From positions 192,001 to 256,000 of the forward strand of contig CBDFIQ010000001.1 of NCBI GenBank assembly GCA_965248195.1: a DNA stretch of 64,000 nucleotides, in the 5' to 3' direction. Origin of the DNA: Longimicrobiales bacterium (GTDB taxonomy: Bacteria; Gemmatimonadota; Gemmatimonadetes; Longimicrobiales; Gaopeijiaceae). The notes beneath the pieces are model-generated. The model had not been told where the DNA came from and did no database searches. It saw nothing but the letters and a program-made list of their open reading frames with translations. This document shows positions 59,536 through 64,000 of the stretch, piece after piece; position 1 is the first letter of the stretch, and every line of letters begins with the position of its first letter. Made by a program: the position numbers and the translations under genes.

Positions 59536-59660
59536 AGGAGGGGCTGGGTCTAGACCTCCCTGAGCAAAGAGGAAGCGGTCTCGTCTGGGTGAGTCCGGGA
59601 GAAAAGTCTTGTGTCTCTGGAATTTCTGTGTTTCAGTGGTATTAACAGGAGGACGGGACC

Positions 59661-59804
59661 ATGGATGCGTATTGCGTCAAGTGCAAGTCGAAGAGGGAGA
59701 TCCAAGAGGGCCAGAAGGTCACCATGAAGAACGGGCGCCCGGCCATGAAGGGAAAGTGCCTGCACTGCGGGACGGGGCTTTACCGGATTCTGCCGTCGTC
59801 TTGA
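59661..59804 (+). CDS. 47-aa zinc-ribbon protein (DUF5679-like), absent from the ORF track
   Basis: AGGAGG RBS; MDAYCVKCKSKRE...KNGRPAMKGKCLHCGTGLYRI. Confidence 0.85.
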   Translation: MDAYCVKCKSKREIQEGQKVTMKNGRPAMKGKCLHCGTGLYRILPSS

Positions 59805-59858
59805 TCTCGGCCAGGTAACGATCAGCACCGACGACGGCTACCCCTAAGGTCGCGACTC

Positions 59859-60347
59859 TTATCGGCAGGCCAGGGGTACGCTCTGGCTTCTGAGTTGCTC
59901 TCCCACCATGTGGCGGATCCGGAAGATCAAGCTGAAGTCCGGAGTCGAGTTCTCCGCGACCCGGACTGACGTCGTCTTCGGGCCGCCGCTGCGTATTTCC
60001 AGGCTCCCGAATCGGTCGACCATTTCGACCTCGCTCACCTCGATCTTCGAGCGATTGCCCAAAGCATCGATGAACTCGATCTCACTGGGTGCCCACGTCC
60101 CCACGTCGTTGGGAGGCGCACCACCGGAGGCCGCCACGGTGAGCGTGTAGCGGCATTCATATCGGCCCGTGACCTCGTCCTGACCCACGGACAGGACCTT
60201 CCCCGACACCCGGAGGCTGAACGGCTCGAGGCTGACCGGCTCCAGACGCAACGTCGTCCCCACCGGAGTGGTGGTGGGTGGCGGGCCGCCCCCGCACCCC
60301 AGGATCGACAACGCCAGGATCGCGTGGCAAGTGGCTCCACAAGGCAT
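59859..60347 (-). CDS. Hypothetical lipoprotein
   Basis: ILGC lipobox, Pro/Thr linker, beta-rich domain. Confidence 0.55.
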   Translation of the reverse strand: MPCGATCHAILALSILGCGGGPPPTTTPVGTTLRLEPVSLEPFSLRVSGKVLSVGQDEVTGRYECRYTLTVAASGGAPPNDVGTWAPSEIEFIDALGNRSKIEVSEVEMVDRFGSLEIRSGGPKTTSVRVAENSTPDFSLIFRIRHMVGEQLRSQSVPLACR

Positions 60348-60371
60348 GCCCGATCGTCCAGCCCCTCAGGG

Positions 60372-62396
60372 CTACGGGGTCCCCGCCTCCATCAGGTAAT
60401 CCCAATGCTCGCTGGCCCGGCCCAGAATCGGCGCCAGGTCTTCGGCGAGCAGGTAGCCTTCGTCGATGAGGCGAAGCGCAGCCTCCGACACGAGGCCCAC
60501 GTACTGCTCGCGGCTTCGATAGCGTTCCTCGATGGCACGTCTCGGATCGTTGGTCCGCTGCCGGTCGACGGTGGTGCGAGGGAACGGGATATAGGACCCC
60601 TGCATGCTGGACAGCACGTCTTCGGGCCCAGACTCGGACCGGAAGAGGTTCCACCCCGTGTAGGTGGCCAGCGGCACTGTGATCTCGGGCATCTTCAGGC
60701 CGCCCGTTTCGTTACCGTCGGCATCGACCTGCGGAACCATGATCGGAAACGCCGATGCTACCTCCGGAGGCTCGACCGTTACGATGCCCCTCGTGGCAAA
60801 CTCGGGACCGTAGTCCACCCGGTAGGCCAAGTGCGGCACGGCGGGCTGGCCCACATCAGGCAGCTGTGGGAACTCCAGCTGTTCGGGAAGTACCAGATCA
60901 CCGTCGTCGATGCGTGGGTAGTTGCTCATAGGCGGCGCCGAGTCGTCCGTGGCCCAGCGGTTCATGGCCAGCAACAGACTGCGCATGAACCAGGAATAGT
61001 CGTTGGGGTTGCTCAGCTGCTGTCCGCTCCGCTGCACCGGCGGGAAGCTGCCCGGGCCGTGCTGCCCACCGGCAAAGGAATAGATGCGCACGTTGTCCAT
61101 CAGTGGACTGTCGGCCGTGCCATCGATCGTGGTATGGATCAGCGACGCCGCGCGTCCCCAGTACTCGTACGACGAGTTCGTGTAGAAGATCTTCGGCATG
61201 AACGCCCGCTCCACGCGGTCGAGCAGTCCTTCCCGCAAACCGGTGTCGGGGTCGGTCTGCGCGATGTCGGTGAAGGGGAAGATGTCGCTCGGGTACAACT
61301 TGTTCAGATACGGATGCCCGTCGCGGGACGCTTGGGCGAATCGATGGTTGAAGCTGCCGCGGCCGCCACCGGCGACGTGTGACATGACGCCGTCGAACGC
61401 TTTTTGGTGGTCCTCGGTTTCATTGAATCCGTAGTACAGGAACGTCCGCAGGAACCGGCCGCTCTGCGAGACCCCCCACGCCAGCGCGTGGTCGATGGCG
61501 CCGGCCGGGATGGATAGCTCTTCCGCGGCGCCGTACTTGAGTAGCGCCACCGCATCTCGGACGGCTGCCGGACCCAGGCCGACCAGCGGCGGGTCCTGTG
61601 CCACGTAGACGACGTCGTAGATCTTGTTGGGCTCGAATCCGCCCTCCAGGTAGACGCGGGTCCGGTCGGGCACCACCTGCCCATTCTCCAGGCGAGCGAA
61701 CCTCCACTCACTCCGCGGAACCACCCGGCGCGATTGATCCACCCCGTCACGCACGGTCATCATGTTCGCTGCATCGTTTGGGTCGGCGACCTCGTAGGCG
61801 GCATGGTTCCGGTCCGCCAAGGATCGGTCGAACGCCCGCTCCTGTACGATGACTTCGCTTCGGACCAGGCCTTCGATCGCGGTCACACCGTCGGTTGCGA
61901 TGGGCGTGGACAGCCGCACAAGCCCATCCCGAGTGGGCACGTCGAACTGCCAGCCCAGCCAGAGTAGCGAAAAACCGTTCTCCAGGAGGAGGCCGTCCCC
62001 CATTTGCTCAGCGGTCAGCGGGTCCAGACTTCCGGAGGCGTTGTTGAAGTAGCCCAGCATGCCTTTTCCGCCGCGATTCGACACCTCGTACAGAAGGGTG
62101 CCGTTGCCGCGTCCCACATCCTTGGGCTTGATCAAGAAGAAGTCGGAGCTGAATTCAACCAGGCCGTCGGCATTCCTGGGCGCGAGCCCGATGTCGGTGA
62201 TGATCCCGTTGGCCGGATTGTCAGGGTCGACCGCGAAGTAGATCGTGCCGACCAGTTTTTCGTACGGCCCGGCCAATCCGAACCACATCCCGCCCGCCAG
62301 ATCCATCCTGTATCGCACTTCGATCCGTACGACTCTCGCATCGGCGCTCGACGCGAAGCACAACACGGTTAGAAGAGTCAAGATTGTCCGAGTCAT
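60372..62396 (-). CDS. Secreted alpha/beta hydrolase domain protein (Abhydrolase_10-like)
   Basis: YEVSNRG, GVSQSGRFLR, EYWGRAASL and DADGNE.GG motifs; AGGAGG RBS. Confidence 0.82.
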   Translation of the reverse strand: MTRTILTLLTVLCFASSADARVVRIEVRYRMDLAGGMWFGLAGPYEKLVGTIYFAVDPDNPANGIITDIGLAPRNADGLVEFSSDFFLIKPKDVGRGNGTLLYEVSNRGGKGMLGYFNNASGSLDPLTAEQMGDGLLLENGFSLLWLGWQFDVPTRDGLVRLSTPIATDGVTAIEGLVRSEVIVQERAFDRSLADRNHAAYEVADPNDAANMMTVRDGVDQSRRVVPRSEWRFARLENGQVVPDRTRVYLEGGFEPNKIYDVVYVAQDPPLVGLGPAAVRDAVALLKYGAAEELSIPAGAIDHALAWGVSQSGRFLRTFLYYGFNETEDHQKAFDGVMSHVAGGGRGSFNHRFAQASRDGHPYLNKLYPSDIFPFTDIAQTDPDTGLREGLLDRVERAFMPKIFYTNSSYEYWGRAASLIHTTIDGTADSPLMDNVRIYSFAGGQHGPGSFPPVQRSGQQLSNPNDYSWFMRSLLLAMNRWATDDSAPPMSNYPRIDDGDLVLPEQLEFPQLPDVGQPAVPHLAYRVDYGPEFATRGIVTVEPPEVASAFPIMVPQVDADGNETGGLKMPEITVPLATYTGWNLFRSESGPEDVLSSMQGSYIPFPRTTVDRQRTNDPRRAIEERYRSREQYVGLVSEAALRLIDEGYLLAEDLAPILGRASEHWDYLMEAGTP

Positions 62397-62577
62397 GTGT
62401 CCTCCTGCGCTGCCTGCTCGAATAGGTGCCCCCGTTGAGAACCGGCCCAATTGTAGGTGCCGAGCGTCCTGTGGACAACTCTGGATTCTTTCGGGTCGGC
62501 CGCCCATGGCCTAAGGTTCCGGCTCTGCTGAGCATCGGTTCTCGAACGAAAGGGAGGGAGAGATCTCCGACAAGGTC

Positions 62578-63446
62578 GTGACGCTCGACAATGGACGGAC
62601 GGCCCCCGTGCTGTTCACCGCGGCCGTCTTCGTCGGGGCGGCGCTGCTCTTCGTGGTGCAGCCGATGGTGGGCAAGATGGTGCTCCCCCGTGCGGGGGGG
62701 GCCCCTCAGGTGTGGAACACCTCTCTGCTGTTCTTCCAGACGGCCCTGCTGGCGGGCTACCTGTACGCGCACGTCAGCGTCAGATGGCTCGGGGTGCAGC
62801 GCCAGGCACTCCTCCACGTGGCGGTTCTCGCCCTCCCGCTTCTTGTCCTGCCGATCGCGCTGCCCGATACGTATCCGCCCGACGGAGGTCGATTGTCACC
62901 CTGGGTTCTGGGCGTTCTCACCGTCGCCGTCGGAGCCCCCGTCTTCGTGCTCGCCGCGGCAAGCCCCCTCCTCCAGCGTTGGCTCGCGTCAACGAGGCAC
63001 CCCGATGCGGGGGATCCGTACTACCTTTACGCCAGCAGCAACGCGGGAAGCCTGACAGGGCTCCTCGCCTTCCCTCTGCTCCTCGAGCCCTTCCTCTCCG
63101 GTACCGATCAGTCGCGACTGTGGGCGTTCGGTTACGCAGGGTTCGTCGGGCTCGCGCTCCTGTGTGTCCTTACGGCGCTCTACTCCACGCGCTACTCCAC
63201 CCGCCTGCAACCCGCGGGCTTCACGTCGCCGCTTCGCGAGACGAGTCGAGACGAGCGTGCCGTCACGTCGCGAGACCGGCTTTTCTGGGTGGCGTTGCGG
63301 CCGTCCCATCGGCCCTGCTGCTCGGCGTGACTCAGTATCTGACGAGCCAGATCGCGCCCCTCTCACTCTTGTGGGTTCTTCCGCTCGTGGTGTACCTCGG
63401 AACCTTCATCGCCGCTTTCGCACGTCGCGAGGTCATGCCCGTGTCA
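62578..63446 (+). pseudogene. N-terminal membrane part of a spermidine-synthase-like fusion protein, frameshifted and truncated
   Basis: LLFVVQPMVGK...GG...VWNT..FFQ, PY.LYASSN.GS; frame change near 63295 to AAVPSALLLGVT. Confidence 0.75.
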
Positions 63447-63679
63447 TGTTGGCCGAAAACGGAGCCGACCCCCAAATCTGGAAACGAAAGAACGAACGGG
63501 GATGGACGCCGCTGTTCATTGCCGAAGGCTACCGGTTCGGACTTCCCAGACACTCGCGCCCGACGATCGAGGCGATCGAGCCCCTGATGCTCGCAGCCGG
63601 CATTCCATTAGGGGGACCGAGACCGCCCATAATCGATCAGTACGCAACGCCGCCGCCGCCGGACCCCCCTAACCCCTGA
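63447..63679 (+). pseudogene. C-terminal fragment of an ankyrin-repeat protein
   Basis: LAENGAD.....KNERGWTPL.IAEG. Confidence 0.6.
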
Positions 63680-63756
63680 GAGCCAGCGGCATCGGCTCGC
63701 TGAATTACTGGAAGCCCGCCCCCCGGCGTAGGTGCGTCTCAGCGGCTCCCAAACGC

Positions 63757-63793
63757 GAAGACGGCCACCTCCGAATATGGGGTGGCCGTCTTC
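63757..63793. terminator. Hairpin between convergent genes
   Basis: GAAGACGGCCACCTC...GGGGTGGCCGTCTTC. Confidence 0.6.
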
Positions 63794-63830
63794 AAGGGGT
63801 CGCCAGCTGGATACGGCCTGCTCTACCGAA

Positions 63831-64000
63831 TCACGGCAGCGCCAGCGCCACCAACGAGCCCGGAAAGTCTGTGCGGATGCTGCCAATCTGCACCACGATG
63901 TACTGCTTGCCTTGGTGCATGTAGGTCATCATCCCGTACTGGCCGGGGGCCGGAAGCTCGACGCTCGCCAGGATCTCGCCCGTCCGCTTGTCGCGAGCAT
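63831..64000 (-). CDS. PQQ-dependent dehydrogenase, C-terminal end (partial)
   Basis: ARDKRTGEILASVELP...MTYMHQGKQYIVV...LVALALP*. Confidence 0.8.
   Translation of the reverse strand, partial: ARDKRTGEILASVELPAPGQYGMMTYMHQGKQYIVVQIGSIRTDFPGSLVALALP

Overview
GC-rich bacterial DNA, probably Gemmatimonadota (inferred from 'MPDPVARLNAAL'-type N-termini, ADOP permease, DUF6152/DUF4159 and PQQ gene content). No rRNA, tRNA or CRISPR was seen. Main blocks: (1) a DASS transporter-SauS-SucCD-like cluster translationally coupled to LicD and followed by a cytidylyltransferase (5.3-11.6 kb); (2) an 11,975-bp IS256 composite transposon (16799-28773, 8-bp target duplication CGTTTGGG) that splits a membrane-protein gene and carries a third IS256, an IS3 and a damaged integrase + IS91-like unit; (3) a vWA-PP2C-kinase (TerY-P-like) triad; (4) a heme-PAS/NarL-type two-component system beside a porin-dihaem cytochrome c-AlgE-nirK cluster, with five copies of a 17-bp palindrome in nearby intergenic regions; (5) many accessory secreted enzymes and pseudogenes. 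The most unusual signal is a ~50-bp promoter/5'-UTR cassette directly upstream of five unrelated ORFs. Two of these, plus a third site, also keep the first 12-16 codons of a Ser/Thr-kinase-type N-terminus, which suggests that expression starts are reused for incoming genes. All family calls come from motif recognition by eye; no database search was run.
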